DNA from: a virus
Virus record (IMG/VR): IMGVR_UViG_3300042923_000607
Coordinates: 52,240 to 116,239 of that record
Length of the DNA: 64,000 nt
Strand: one strand, 5' to 3'
The notes under the pieces were generated by a model. That model was not told where the DNA came from, did no database searches, and saw only the letters and a program-made list of their open reading frames with translations. Shown piece after piece: positions 49,965-60,724 of this stretch. The translations under genes were made by a program, and so were the position numbers. Every line of letters starts with the position of its first letter. Position 1 is the stretch's first letter.

Positions 49965-50435
49965 TTATTTACCTTTTAGCTCTTTGATAAATTCTTTTAC
50001 TAATTCTTCTTCCATGATACTTATTCTACCTTGTTTTATATATTGTCTAACTACGTCTGCCTGACAATTGATGGTATTTCTACCCTTAAACATGTCATGA
50101 AAATCGTCAAACTGGTTAGCATATTCCACTAGCTCAGGATGCATATCTAAATACTTTACCCATAACAATTTATAGAATGGAGTTAAATATTTTTTGTCTA
50201 ATCTTATACCATTAATAACTAAGTAATCTGGTTGTTTACCTTTCGCTTTATCTATTGTGGTATCATTAAATCTCTTGCAGCTTTGATAGTGGGTTTCTAT
50301 GTTTGCGTTTTTGCCATACAAGGTTATCCAAGCAAAGAAAGCTGAAAACCTCTTATCTCCTTTTGATGAACACTCTAAAACATTTAGCAATAATATTCCT
50401 CCGTTTCTTTTATAACCAAATAGCTGTTTCATCAT
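49965..50435 (-). CDS. Hypothetical protein, possibly NADAR-like
   Basis: LECSSKG...FSAF.A, IE..YQ..K.F, CQA. Confidence 0.5.
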   Translation of the reverse strand: MMKQLFGYKRNGGILLLNVLECSSKGDKRFSAFFAWITLYGKNANIETHYQSCKRFNDTTIDKAKGKQPDYLVINGIRLDKKYLTPFYKLLWVKYLDMHPELVEYANQFDDFHDMFKGRNTINCQADVVRQYIKQGRISIMEEELVKEFIKELKGK

Positions 50436-51373
50436 GCTACTTCGTTTAATATTATCTTTCTAAATATGCTTTCAAATATTGGAACCGCGATACTATTTCC
50501 TGCTTGCTTGTACATTGGCATACAGTATCTACCTATCTTTTCATGAACTGATCTTGCTTTTGCATAATCCTCATCTGAATACCCTTGTAATCTCCAACAT
50601 TCCAATTCAGTTAAATATCTGTATCTTCCATCTCCACAATCAATTACCTGAGCTGGTGTTCTGTCTTGTCTCGTTGTAATTGTATAGGCAAAATCTTTAA
50701 TAACTGTAGCTCTTTTTATTCCGGAATGACCAATAACATTATAAACGCTAGGTTGAGTAACATCATAAACTTCTGAGACTTCATCATTGCTTTGTAGATA
50801 ATGTTTTATATCTTTCATGGTTGTTCTAACCAACTCATTAAAGTTGAATTTCTCTCCATTAATAACGGATACTGTGAAGACTCTTTCTCTTGCTTGTGGC
50901 AAACCAAAATCTCTAGCATCTAGAATTTCATAGTTATTTATATAACCCAGTTTCTCCATTTCTAATAGATACCTATCGAAGTTAACCTTCATATGTTTTG
51001 ATAAGACATTCTTAACATTTTCCCAAATAACATATTTAGGTTTCCAATCTCCCATGTTTTGTATAATATGTATTGTTTCCCACATCAAACTAGATCTTGT
51101 TTCACTTCCTTCATCAGCACCTTTCTGTTGACCAGCTATACTGAAGTCTTGGCAAGGACTACCGTGAATAAGAATATCGGGTCTAAGATTCCACCCCACA
51201 ACTGATTGAGTCTTATATTCTAGTTCATTTTTAAACATTGCATTGTAACTTCTTACTGCCTTATTATCTATTTCTACATAGTCAATTGCTTTGACAGGTA
51301 CTCCAATATTACGTAGGGCTATTCTGGGGCTACCTATTCCACCAAATAATTCTAGTATTTGTAATTGCTTCAA
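50432..51373 (-). CDS. C5 cytosine DNA methyltransferase
   Basis: ELFGGIG, GSPCQDFS, WENV, PQARER, KQAGNS in canonical order. Confidence 0.93.
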   Translation of the reverse strand: MKQLQILELFGGIGSPRIALRNIGVPVKAIDYVEIDNKAVRSYNAMFKNELEYKTQSVVGWNLRPDILIHGSPCQDFSIAGQQKGADEGSETRSSLMWETIHIIQNMGDWKPKYVIWENVKNVLSKHMKVNFDRYLLEMEKLGYINNYEILDARDFGLPQARERVFTVSVINGEKFNFNELVRTTMKDIKHYLQSNDEVSEVYDVTQPSVYNVIGHSGIKRATVIKDFAYTITTRQDRTPAQVIDCGDGRYRYLTELECWRLQGYSDEDYAKARSVHEKIGRYCMPMYKQAGNSIAVPIFESIFRKIILNEVA

Positions 51374-51496
51374 TAATCATCCTTATCGTCTGGCCAGACA
51401 TTTTACCTAGGATTATTTTACCTTTCTTTAATGTTGTAGCTATTACTTCTATTTGTTTAATATTTCTATTATAATTCAATCAAATCGTAGATTGAT

Positions 51497-52006
51497 TTAC
51501 ATTTCTAATAACACAATATTTTCGTTATTCTCTAGTGTCTTCTTGATATCAATAACTGATTGGTTCGTACTTCCCGCCCATCGATAGTTTATATCAGATA
51601 ATTCTTTAATGTACCTTCCATCTACAAGCACGTCACACAACTTTACCACATCATACTTTACAGGATAGAATTCTTTTAAATCATTAAAATAATATCCGGT
51701 GTATAACCAAATATCTTTTGTTCTATATCTTTGTTTTATTTCTAATATAAAATCTTTTACTTCTAAGCTATTGTTATCATGTAGAGGATCTCCGCCCGTA
51801 ATTGTTATGCCTTTGATATAATCCTTTTCTAATTCAGCAAAGATTTCTTCTTTGGCTTCCAAGTCAAACTTTATTCCGCTGTTACAATCCCATGTTTGCG
51901 GATTATGACACCCTTCACACTTGTGAGAGCAGGAAGACAACCACAATACTACCCTTAATCCATTTCCATTTAACATATCGTCCTTAGTAACATTGTGATA
52001 TCTCAT
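51497..52006 (-). CDS. nrdG: Anaerobic ribonucleotide reductase activase
   Basis: NG.GLR, CSHKCEGC, GGDP, GSTNQ. Confidence 0.95.
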   Translation of the reverse strand: MRYHNVTKDDMLNGNGLRVVLWLSSCSHKCEGCHNPQTWDCNSGIKFDLEAKEEIFAELEKDYIKGITITGGDPLHDNNSLEVKDFILEIKQRYRTKDIWLYTGYYFNDLKEFYPVKYDVVKLCDVLVDGRYIKELSDINYRWAGSTNQSVIDIKKTLENNENIVLLEM

Positions 52007-55000
52007 TACATGCTCTTCCTTTCTTTTATTTCCGACATCTTAGCATCATTCAATCTCGTGTCTCCTTTAACTCTTGAATATGAAAGATAGCCGTTCATTC
52101 TTTCGATCTTAGTAAGATTAGAGCTGTTACACTTAGGGCACTCAGTCATTTCTAACTCTTGATGCCCACAATCATTGCAATATGCCAAGGATAAATTAAC
52201 CCCTTCATAATTTCCTAGGGACATTGCTCTACGGACTAATGTTTTTATAGCATCAATATTATATGGTATAGGATATTTACAATACTGAATTCTTCCACCC
52301 TCACAATGGTTCCAAAATCTGTTCTCCAAGTCCTGTTTTTGAATAGGGGTAATGTCTTCTGTTACATGACAATGAAATGAATTAGATACATATGGACGAT
52401 CAGAAACTCCCTCGATAATTCCATATTTTTTACGAAACTGCTCTACTTGCAACCCACAATTATGTACTAATAATCCCTCTTTTCCACCCACAAAAAAATT
52501 ATGGTTATCATCAACTTCGATATCATAAACATCAACTAAATCTTCTAGATACTCAACGCTTTTCACTTTATGATTTAATTCAATTAAATCTTGGCATTCG
52601 TCACTATAATACCAATAAGAGTTACTATAATAGTGATTTCCTTGTGCTACAGCCCTTGTTCCCATACAAGCTTTTTTAATTAAATGACGTGTATAACCCA
52701 TTTTTTTCGCATCCTCTATACATTCAAAATGCTCTAAATGTGTAAAATCTCGGTCAAATCGTTCTATACTTCTTCCTATATGTTTATTTCTATTAATTAA
52801 TTTTGATTGACCCGTGTGAAGTTTGCCATAAAATGAATTTTTTTTACCGTTTTGGGATTCAGATGTGTATGAAAACTTTGATATATTGTCATTCATATGT
52901 AGCCTTCTATGGTCAGCATCTTTCATATAGATCAAATTGGTAATTTCATTATTTGATTTATTCTTGTCTTTATGGTGCACCACATATTTAATTGGTTTAC
53001 TTCCAAAGAAATATTCAGAATTTATATCTTGTATTAATTGTTTCTTTCCGTTATGGTAAATCGAGCATTCTGTCCTCTCATTTTCATTTATGTGAATATA
53101 ATTTGACTTAATTCTATCTCCTAAAGTCAATTCATGTGCTGGAACAAACTCAATATACTCAGCACCATTAAATTTTCCAGTAGTAATTTCTTTACTTGAT
53201 CTTCTAACAGCAAAGCTATGTTCTGGTGTGCAAGTAATTACTTGATCATTATCGAATGTGACTTTAACAACTACCGCATTCCTTTTAGTCATTTTAGATT
53301 CAATTACTTTTTTAAGCTCTATTTTATGCCTAGTTTCACTAAATGAATAAACTAAATCTCCCCTTTTTATATCTTTTATTTTTGTCATTCCATTATATGC
53401 TTGAATTTCAGTGTCTCCATGGAAACATAAATTTTCTGCTGGAGTACCATAAATGGCATATAACAAACCATCTTCTGATTTAAACTGTTTCACTTTTTCA
53501 TCTATATACTTAAGAGTTTCTAGTGCGAACTCACCGTCTTGAGCAATTGATTTCCCGTTATAAAGTTGCTGTAACTCGTTCAAAGCTGTAATACCAAATG
53601 ATGCAGTCATTGGTTTTAACAAAGGTTTAATCTTATCATGTAGATCTAAATTACCACCATAAAATCCACCTTCACAATAACCTAAAGGATTAGTGGAAGC
53701 TCTCATTTCACCTAAATATTCATAGGTTCTAATATGCAATTTTCTTATCAAGTTAAGGTAAAAATCTAAAACATCAAAAAAATCTTTGCTTTCCTGCCTT
53801 GCTTTTGCTAGTATCATTGGTAGATGTAGGCTAATAGCTCCAATGTTGAATCTTCCAACAAATATAGGTTCATCATTTTCATCCTTTGGATTGATTCCCC
53901 CTTCTTTATACCAAGGGGAAAGAAATGCTCTGCACATCTATATGTCACCATATAAACTGACTATATGTTCTCTCCGAGTTCCCTAGTCTCATCAACGAGC
54001 CGACTGCTCTGAATTGGTGCTTATCTCCAATCCTCTTGTGGTACACTCATCCCACCTTAGTCGATACACACTACCTCATATGAGGTTTGGCACGGTACTC
54101 ATCTTACATCATAGAATTTCTTCTCCTTAAGACCTATCCGTTAGCAGCTATCAAGCCACACCCTTTAGCAAGGTTCAATCGGTTTTACATGGGCTAATTT
54201 ACACTTACCCATAGGGCTTACTACTTTTCCATATTTGTGGTACATTTTAGATAAGGTTGTGTCCCCATCTAAACTTAACCAATCTGGATACATTGTTTTT
54301 GCAGAGGTTAATATTCCTTCCTCAAACAAATCCTCATTGATCCTACCATTTCCATGAAGATTCTCAGTATAAAGAAATACTAATTTGGGGAATAATACAG
54401 GGATTTTATTATTTTTCTTACCTTGCCCTTCTCTATGAACCTGAAGGAATGTTTTAGATGCCAACTTTTCAAACTTGTCAACACCAAGCCCAAAGGTAAT
54501 TGCAATAAACGGATAATCGCCTCGACTTGAAGATACCGAATTGAATTTATACTCCCATCCTTGATATCCTTGTTTCATTTCGTTTACAGTCTCTTTCCAT
54601 GCTTCTTCTTTTGCAAATTCTTCAAAAAATCCTAATCTAAGATATTTTTCTAATTGTGTATTATATGTTTTTTCAGCATATGGCTTTAATAATTTATCGA
54701 CTTCTGGAACTGTAAAACCACCATATTGTTGAGAAGCAGCACTCAGTACAATATCCCCAATTACGTCAAATGCAACATCCAGAGTTTTAGGTTCGTTATA
54801 CCACAAGTTCCCCATCTCAAAACCGTTTTCTAATACGTGTTTAACATCAAAAAGGCAGCAATTCATGGTATCTCTTCTTGCAGACATATCATGGATATAA
54901 ATGTACCCATCTCTGGCGGCTTGTAGTTCCTCTGTAGTTAGGAAGAACTTCTGGTAAAGCTCCTTATTCAACTGATTGAAGATAAGACTTCTTTTGGTTG

Positions 55001-55364
55001 AAACCAGTGCACTATCGGTATTACTATTTTCTTTATCTCCAATATACATTATTGATTGCGCTTTATTGTATACTTCGTCTAACATATGTACAAAATCCGT
55101 CTTGTAATTTCTATAATCTCGGTAACTCTTTGCGATAACAGGGTTAAAATCCTCTAGTGCAGCCTCTACAATATTATGCAGCTCCGATATATCTATTAAT
55201 TCATCATCTAATTCTTCTATTTGTGCCCAAACATTATTGCAAATTTGACTATATTCACTTGGCGAAAGCTCAATCATCATCCTTCTAGCCGATTTTTGCA
55301 CTGCATTGATAATCTTTTGTTCATTAAAGCCTTCTAATGTCTGATCTTTTTTAATTATTTGCAT
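52006..55364 (-). CDS. nrdD: Anaerobic ribonucleoside-triphosphate reductase; exons 55364-54207 and 53934-52006; contains an intein
   Basis: ATP cone, YIHD, SPMG|CR across the intron, YGTPAE, C..C/C..C, RMNGY glycyl-radical motif. Confidence 0.93.
52459..53427 (-). mobile_element. Intein (323 aa) with HNH homing endonuclease and NUMOD motifs
   Basis: ENL|CFHGDT ... CTPEH.F ... VHHKD.NK.NN...NL ... VYDIEV...HNFF...LVHN|CG. Confidence 0.92.
53935..54206 (-). mobile_element. Group I intron (272 nt, no ORF) in nrdD
   Basis: Exon ends in U with P1 AUGGGU/GCCCAU; P7 GACUA/UAGUC; terminal G; splicing restores SPMG-CRAFL. Confidence 0.9.
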
Positions 55365-55571
55365 TTACTGTCCTCTCTTAACTAGTGTTATTTTGTATCC
55401 TTGAATTCCTTTTCTGTAAAATTCAATCTCCTCAGCAACATTCCAACCAAACTGAAACATCCATCTTCTAAAATAAGACAATTCAAAATCCGTCACAAAA
55501 TAAATTAATTCGTTGTCTTTAACAGACATCAATGTTCCGATTACATATTGATCCATACCTTCACACTCCAT
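55365..55571 (-). CDS. Hypothetical protein
   Basis: ORF abutting nrdD. Confidence 0.55.
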   Translation of the reverse strand: MECEGMDQYVIGTLMSVKDNELIYFVTDFELSYFRRWMFQFGWNVAEEIEFYRKGIQGYKITLVKRGQ

Positions 55572-55599
55572 TGTGTTGTATAAGTTGTATATTACTCTC

Positions 55600-55860
55600 T
55601 TATAACTCTTCTAAGTAATATTCAGTATTCATAGTTGTGATATGTAACTTCTTTCCACTTTCAGAAAATGATTCTATAGGAGAAGTCCTCATCATTCTTC
55701 CGGAGTCTCCACTCCATACAAAGCAGAAACTATTTCCTACTTGCATAAATTCTTTATATATTATTTCTCCTGTCATATCAGGACAAATTGACCGGATATC
55801 TTCTAATGCCGTTAATTTAACAACTCCACTTTTATCTGTAACATTAATTATCTTATACAT
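55600..55860 (-). CDS. Hypothetical protein
   Basis: RBS plus ORF. Confidence 0.65.
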   Translation of the reverse strand: MYKIINVTDKSGVVKLTALEDIRSICPDMTGEIIYKEFMQVGNSFCFVWSGDSGRMMRTSPIESFSESGKKLHITTMNTEYYLEEL

Positions 55861-56257
55861 TTAAACTTCCTTTCTCCAAACAGTTATATCATCTGCATAA
55901 CAGCAATGTTCTAACACGTCATTTTGAGACAAGTCACATCTATCATCATTTGTATCTGTGTTAAACATGCAATCTTTGTGATCGCAATATGTATCATTAA
56001 ATCCACTTTTCTTGTCAATAATTATCATATAATCAATGCCTTTCTTTATTTATTGATACTAAACTCAACTTTGCTTGTATTTTTCTATTAATCGTTTAGC
56101 TTTCAGGAGCCCAATCCATACTCCCTCATTTCTTCCACTATCAAATATGTCATCATCCTTTTCATCTTCATTGAAAACTATTTTACAATAATGATCAATT
56201 AGCTCCTGTAATTCATTACGCAAATCATTTACTTTCAATCACCTCCAATTAGTCAGG

Positions 56258-56653
56258 CTATCTTAAATCTTCATAATACAATATCTGGTATTCCTCTGGT
56301 ACATTTGATGCTGCTAGATTATAAGTCTTTATTTCATTAATTAATTCATGTTGGTTTCTATCTTTAGTACCAATACTAAATCTTTTATCATCAAATAATA
56401 TTAGTTGATCAAATCTTCTTCCTCGTAATCTCATTCCATATGTAATAGCCATAATCTTTGTCCCATCGTTTAAATATAATGAATGGTGCCATGGGTTTTT
56501 AATATATTGCTTTATCTGCTCTTTGTTGTTGTCTGCGAATTGCCGTAGTCCATAATTTGATAATTCACTGGTATATCCTAGTAATGCAATTTCCAATACT
56601 CTTGGTTCATCTTCATATCCAACAACATATGTTGCCATTCTAATCACCTCCAC
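56258..56653 (-). CDS. Hypothetical protein
   Basis: RBS plus ORF (start probably 56638). Confidence 0.6.
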   Translation of the reverse strand: MEVIRMATYVVGYEDEPRVLEIALLGYTSELSNYGLRQFADNNKEQIKQYIKNPWHHSLYLNDGTKIMAITYGMRLRGRRFDQLILFDDKRFSIGTKDRNQHELINEIKTYNLAASNVPEEYQILYYEDLR

Positions 56654-56666
56654 TTAGATAAAAGAG

Positions 56667-56948
56667 TTATTTCATAGTGTCGTAATCTAACACATATTGT
56701 AACCCTTTAATTATCTTTTGAATTTCGTCTTTAGTACAATTTAGCACATTGACATTACTAGGCAATAAAACTACCTTATTATCTCTAAATGTAGTTTGTA
56801 ATCCGTCATATAATATTTTTTGTTCATGTTGTGTTAATGTGTGAGGCTCATACTCACAAATTATGTAGTCATTGGATAATGGATTAATTAATGTAACTCC
56901 TCGTTCATTTTTTAACTTTGTCTTACTCAATATCTCTTTAAATCCCAT
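56667..56948 (-). CDS. Hypothetical protein
   Basis: RBS plus ORF. Confidence 0.6.
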   Translation of the reverse strand: MGFKEILSKTKLKNERGVTLINPLSNDYIICEYEPHTLTQHEQKILYDGLQTTFRDNKVVLLPSNVNVLNCTKDEIQKIIKGLQYVLDYDTMK

Positions 56949-56988
56949 TTAAACTCCTTTCAAATGAAAACCTGAATTGGTATTGTTA

Positions 56989-57238
56989 TTATTCATTATA
57001 GCTGTAGTATGGTAAGTAGCACCACTCAACAACCTTATAATAACTTCCTTCACAATCAAAATATTTGTATCCGTTATCATCTATGTATCTACCAACCATA
57101 GGAATGCGATATGCGATAAATCGTCTATCTTTTTTAAAGCAAGGCTCGTATTTGTTGCAATAACATAATACGTCTGTTTTAAATGTGGCTTTTCTTTTTC
57201 TGCATCTTTAAATCACTATCTTCTAAATTATAAACCAT
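56989..57238 (-). pseudogene. Frameshifted small gene
   Basis: RBS and ATG at 57238 with a stop after 19 codons; another frame continues FKTDVLCYC...VVEWCYLP to TAA at 56989. Confidence 0.45.
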
Positions 57239-57276
57239 ATTATCTCCTTTCTATAAATCCAAACCAAAGTGGAATT

Positions 57277-57489
57277 TTACTTAGAAAAATATTTTTCATA
57301 ATCTTCTTTTGTACTATCCATTTTATTAATTGCTAAATCATCATCCCATTCAAATTCTTCTGACGAATCAACATTAATAAATTCAGGATATAAATCATAC
57401 ATACGAAGTCCACAAACAACTAAATCTTCAATATCGCTATCTCCTTCAATATCTGTGACGAACATCGTAACCTTATGCACCTTTGCCAT
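57277..57489 (-). CDS. Hypothetical protein
   Basis: RBS plus ORF. Confidence 0.65.
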   Translation of the reverse strand: MAKVHKVTMFVTDIEGDSDIEDLVVCGLRMYDLYPEFINVDSSEEFEWDDDLAINKMDSTKEDYEKYFSK

Positions 57490-57545
57490 AGTTGAAACTC
57501 CTTTCTATTAATTCAATATAAATCTATAATTTGAAATATATTTTA

Positions 57546-57803
57546 TTAATACCTATGTCTAATTGCCATATATAAAAATTTCTTGTTATTTCGATTTATT
57601 GATATCATTGAATCATCAATAATCTCGTATGAGTATGTATTATCATCATCTTCTATAATTCCAGTAGTAAGTAATGTTTCTTTTAAAGTTGATTCGTTAT
57701 TAGTATCAATTGCAAATATCTTATCCTGACATGCTAAAACCATATGTCTTCCAATTGAATCAACTATAGTATCAATTCCACAAGGGTTTCCAACATAAAC
57801 CAT
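57546..57803 (-). CDS. Hypothetical protein
   Basis: RBS plus ORF. Confidence 0.6.
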   Translation of the reverse strand: MVYVGNPCGIDTIVDSIGRHMVLACQDKIFAIDTNNESTLKETLLTTGIIEDDDNTYSYEIIDDSMISINRNNKKFLYMAIRHRY

Positions 57804-57840
57804 TCTGCTCTCCTTTCTAAATCAATACCAATTGATATAT

Positions 57841-58320
57841 TTATCTTGTATATGCTTTACTTAAATCAAAATTCCATGTCTTAGGAATTAATTCAGGATT
57901 ATCAATGACATTTCCTAACTTAACAATTGAATCCCAAGGATCAAAAGATTTAACATAGTCATCACAGTATCCATACTGAACAACAAATTTTCCGTTTTTA
58001 TAAATGATTAATCCTATTTCATCTTTGATATTAAAGTATTTTAAAGATATTTTAACAATATCTAATTCATATAATGAATCTCCGTTATCATCATTCCTAT
58101 CAACAAATTGCCCTACAGTGTCTTTAATTACTTCTGTGTGATCTATATATCCTAATCCAGATGTATTAAAATCAACTATGTATGCCCTATGTGAATTTAT
58201 ATCTTTGTTGCCATAGCAACTGTCATAATAAAACCCACCATAAATCCAACTAGGTTTATGTGTTTCTGCATTGAATACAAATGGTTTAACTGGTTTTGCT
58301 CTAAAATATATTCTTCTCAT
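57841..58320 (-). CDS. YopX-family protein
   Basis: I.FRAK, W.YG, TVGQF...D.NG...YE.DIV, GN..DNPEL. Confidence 0.85.
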   Translation of the reverse strand: MRRIYFRAKPVKPFVFNAETHKPSWIYGGFYYDSCYGNKDINSHRAYIVDFNTSGLGYIDHTEVIKDTVGQFVDRNDDNGDSLYELDIVKISLKYFNIKDEIGLIIYKNGKFVVQYGYCDDYVKSFDPWDSIVKLGNVIDNPELIPKTWNFDLSKAYTR

Positions 58321-58344
58321 TATATATTCCTTTCATTGTTATAT

Positions 58345-58584
58345 TTATTTGCTACTACGTTCCACTAAATTCATCATGAAATCATATAATGTATTTCTTT
58401 TGTCGTTAGCAGTTAGCTTAAACATTTCGTTTGGTTCACCATGTTCTCCAGCATCTATATAGCTATCTTCAAAGTCAGAAGTATTCAATCGTTCAAATAT
58501 GAATTCAATAACATCTTCTTCCTCTTCAAAACTTCCTTGAAATGCGTGCCACCAGTCATTATTTAGTTTTGCTATATGTACCAC
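58345..58584 (-). CDS. Hypothetical protein
   Basis: RBS plus ORF. Confidence 0.6.
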   Translation of the reverse strand: MVHIAKLNNDWWHAFQGSFEEEEDVIEFIFERLNTSDFEDSYIDAGEHGEPNEMFKLTANDKRNTLYDFMMNLVERSSK

Positions 58585-58820
58585 TTCCTTTCATTTCCTA
58601 CCAAATTGATATTTGTTTTATATAATTACGACAACATTCCTATCAGAGTGAAGTAAATAAGATATAAAAATTTCATCAATATCTTTATAGTCATTTTTTG
58701 TAATAACTACATCAACATCACCCACTATATTTTTTATGTTTTCTAATTCATTAATCACATCAGATATCCTTTTCACTTATTCACCCCCTTTTGAATATAA
58801 AATCCAGATTTGACTGTCTT

Positions 58821-59129
58821 TTAGTGTTGATATTTTTCTTTTGGGAATATCTCTTTCAAATCTAAATAATCCCCAACAGCAACACACATGTCGATACAAA
58901 TACAATCTTCTTGCATTCTTGCATCAAAACCACCCTCATCGAAAACGCCATAACCGAATATATTTTTCAATTCTTTTACAAAGTCATCAATCCAAATGTA
59001 TGAAACCCATACACAAAACTCTTTGTCAGTTATCCAACCCATTTCTTGAACATAACTGAAATCATTTTCATCTAGTTCTGTTAATAGCTTATATAATTTT
59101 AATTCATCGCTCATATATGTCCCTTTCAC
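58821..59129 (-). CDS. Hypothetical protein
   Basis: ORF with RBS. Confidence 0.6.
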   Translation of the reverse strand: MKGTYMSDELKLYKLLTELDENDFSYVQEMGWITDKEFCVWVSYIWIDDFVKELKNIFGYGVFDEGGFDARMQEDCICIDMCVAVGDYLDLKEIFPKEKYQH

Positions 59130-59400
59130 TCATTAATCCTTCTGATTTAACAATTCTATCAGCCATTTCTCCGTTTGATTTTTCTAATCTATTAATAATA
59201 TCTACTTGTAAATCATGAGCAAACTTAATTGTTTTATATTTATGGTTTAAGTCAAGTACTTCACAAAGTGAGCCAGCTGCACGATACATTCTCAATTCTT
59301 TTAAATAATTAAAAATACGAAGATGATCTAGAATACTCATGGTAATTTCTTTTTCTGAATTGAATTTTTCTATATAACAGTCTAATTCCTGATTATCCAT
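59104..59400 (-). CDS. Hypothetical protein
   Basis: RBS plus ORF. Confidence 0.6.
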   Translation of the reverse strand: MDNQELDCYIEKFNSEKEITMSILDHLRIFNYLKELRMYRAAGSLCEVLDLNHKYKTIKFAHDLQVDIINRLEKSNGEMADRIVKSEGLMSERDIYER

Positions 59401-59432
59401 ACTCTCTCCTTTTCTAAAGTCTCAATCAAACT

Positions 59433-59666
59433 TTACATTGCTTCTTTATTCAACCAACTTATTTCAGCCTCAACTGCTATTTTATATACCTCATCCCCGT
59501 GTTCATCTGAACTGAATCTGCCAACATCATTTACATATGTATAACCACAACTGTAACTAACACATTTAGTTCGCTGTTTGGCAATCTCTTCTAGTGAAAA
59601 CAACTTTTCATAATTAGTCATTATACATTTCGCTTTCTTCCTGGGCTTTTGATTTTTCCAACGCAA
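59433..59666 (-). CDS. Hypothetical protein (start probably at MTNYEK)
   Basis: MTNYE...WL..E pattern. Confidence 0.5.
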   Translation of the reverse strand: MRWKNQKPRKKAKCIMTNYEKLFSLEEIAKQRTKCVSYSCGYTYVNDVGRFSSDEHGDEVYKIAVEAEISWLNKEAM

Positions 59667-59737
59667 TTATTAATGATTCTGCTTCGGCTCCTGACAACTC
59701 TATTACTGGTTCACACAGTCTACAATCGACACATTTT

Positions 59738-59929
59738 TCATCCTTTAAATATTTGCACTTTTTCATTATTCCTCTCCATACATACAAATTTCACACATAT
59801 AAAACATTTCCCGCAATTATTATCCCAATATTGATTAAATTCTTCTTCAGTAATTTCACCGGATTCTCTGTCATAATACATTTCAGCATCTTTAAATCCG
59901 CAAGTTTTAGACATATCTTTTTTGTCCAA
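59738..59929 (-). CDS. Hypothetical protein
   Basis: RBS plus ORF. Confidence 0.5.
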   Translation of the reverse strand: MDKKDMSKTCGFKDAEMYYDRESGEITEEEFNQYWDNNCGKCFICVKFVCMERNNEKVQIFKG

Positions 59930-59975
59930 ATCAAGTACCTCTTTTCTATGTTTTATTTATTTTGTATTTATATAC

Positions 59976-60206
59976 TTATTTGAATTTTTTCTTAAATAAA
60001 TCTCCTAAAACTCTAAACCAATAATAAATAATTAGTACAGTCGTTGCTATTCCAAATATTGCAACTGTAAACGCTATAGGCGTATATACAAATATCTTAA
60101 ATTTATAAATAGCTATTAGTAACATCGTCGGTAGTACACATGCAATAATTTCTCCGATCCACCATGCTAATCTTCTTCCTTTTAAATTTTCTAAATGTAA
60201 TTTCAT
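59976..60206 (-). CDS. Two-TM membrane protein
   Basis: RBS; hydrophobic segments. Confidence 0.6.
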   Translation of the reverse strand: MKLHLENLKGRRLAWWIGEIIACVLPTMLLIAIYKFKIFVYTPIAFTVAIFGIATTVLIIYYWFRVLGDLFKKKFK

Positions 60207-60242
60207 TTATTACTCCTTTCAGGTTGACATAGAACCAAATAT

Positions 60243-60428
60243 TTAGTATAGAAATTGTAAAGTTATAAAACCAACAATTCCTATTGTTTGTAATAGCATT
60301 CTTTCGGTTGAATGTTTATCTGTAACCCCTCTTGTAACTCCGTCTATTTTATGAAGTAAAAAGTATACTGCTAAAAACAGAAAAATAATCTTAAAAACTA
60401 AAATTACCATACGATTTATTCCTTTCAA
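60243..60428 (-). CDS. Small membrane protein
   Basis: Two hydrophobic segments. Confidence 0.55.
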   Translation of the reverse strand: MKGINRMVILVFKIIFLFLAVYFLLHKIDGVTRGVTDKHSTERMLLQTIGIVGFITLQFLY

Positions 60429-60524
60429 AAATTTTATGAAATATAGTTTTACAATGACTTTTCCTAATACTGTACATCAGCTTTCAAATAAAAAGTTTCC
60501 AGCTCCACACAGGGCAACAGCTTA

Positions 60525-60707
60525 TTATTCATCTTCTTCAGCTGTAAGTGTTTCCATCATAAATTCCATTTGTTTATTTAATTCGCGGCTTAGTTCGGCA
60601 TATTTGTACGCTACTTCAGTTACGGTAGTGCAGTCAGCTAAACACTCTTGAATTGCATTTCTAGTCTCATTTACTAACGTTAATTCCATCTCCAATCTCC
60701 TTTCCAC
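60525..60707 (-). CDS. Hypothetical protein
   Basis: RBS plus ORF. Confidence 0.55.
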   Translation of the reverse strand: MERRLEMELTLVNETRNAIQECLADCTTVTEVAYKYAELSRELNKQMEFMMETLTAEEDE

Positions 60708-60724
60708 TTAAAAGATTGATTTTA

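Noticed and set aside
54165-54206. nrdD as two separate genes or a frameshifted pseudogene
   Set aside because: The gap has group I intron hallmarks and splicing restores SPMGCR.
57206-57212. U-UUA-AAG slippery heptamer as a programmed -1 frameshift
   Set aside because: The -1 frame stops early; the plausible C-terminus is in the other frame, so a decayed gene is more likely.
57515-57545. Additional copy of the junction palindrome
   Set aside because: Several weak alternative registers in very AT-rich sequence; not counted.
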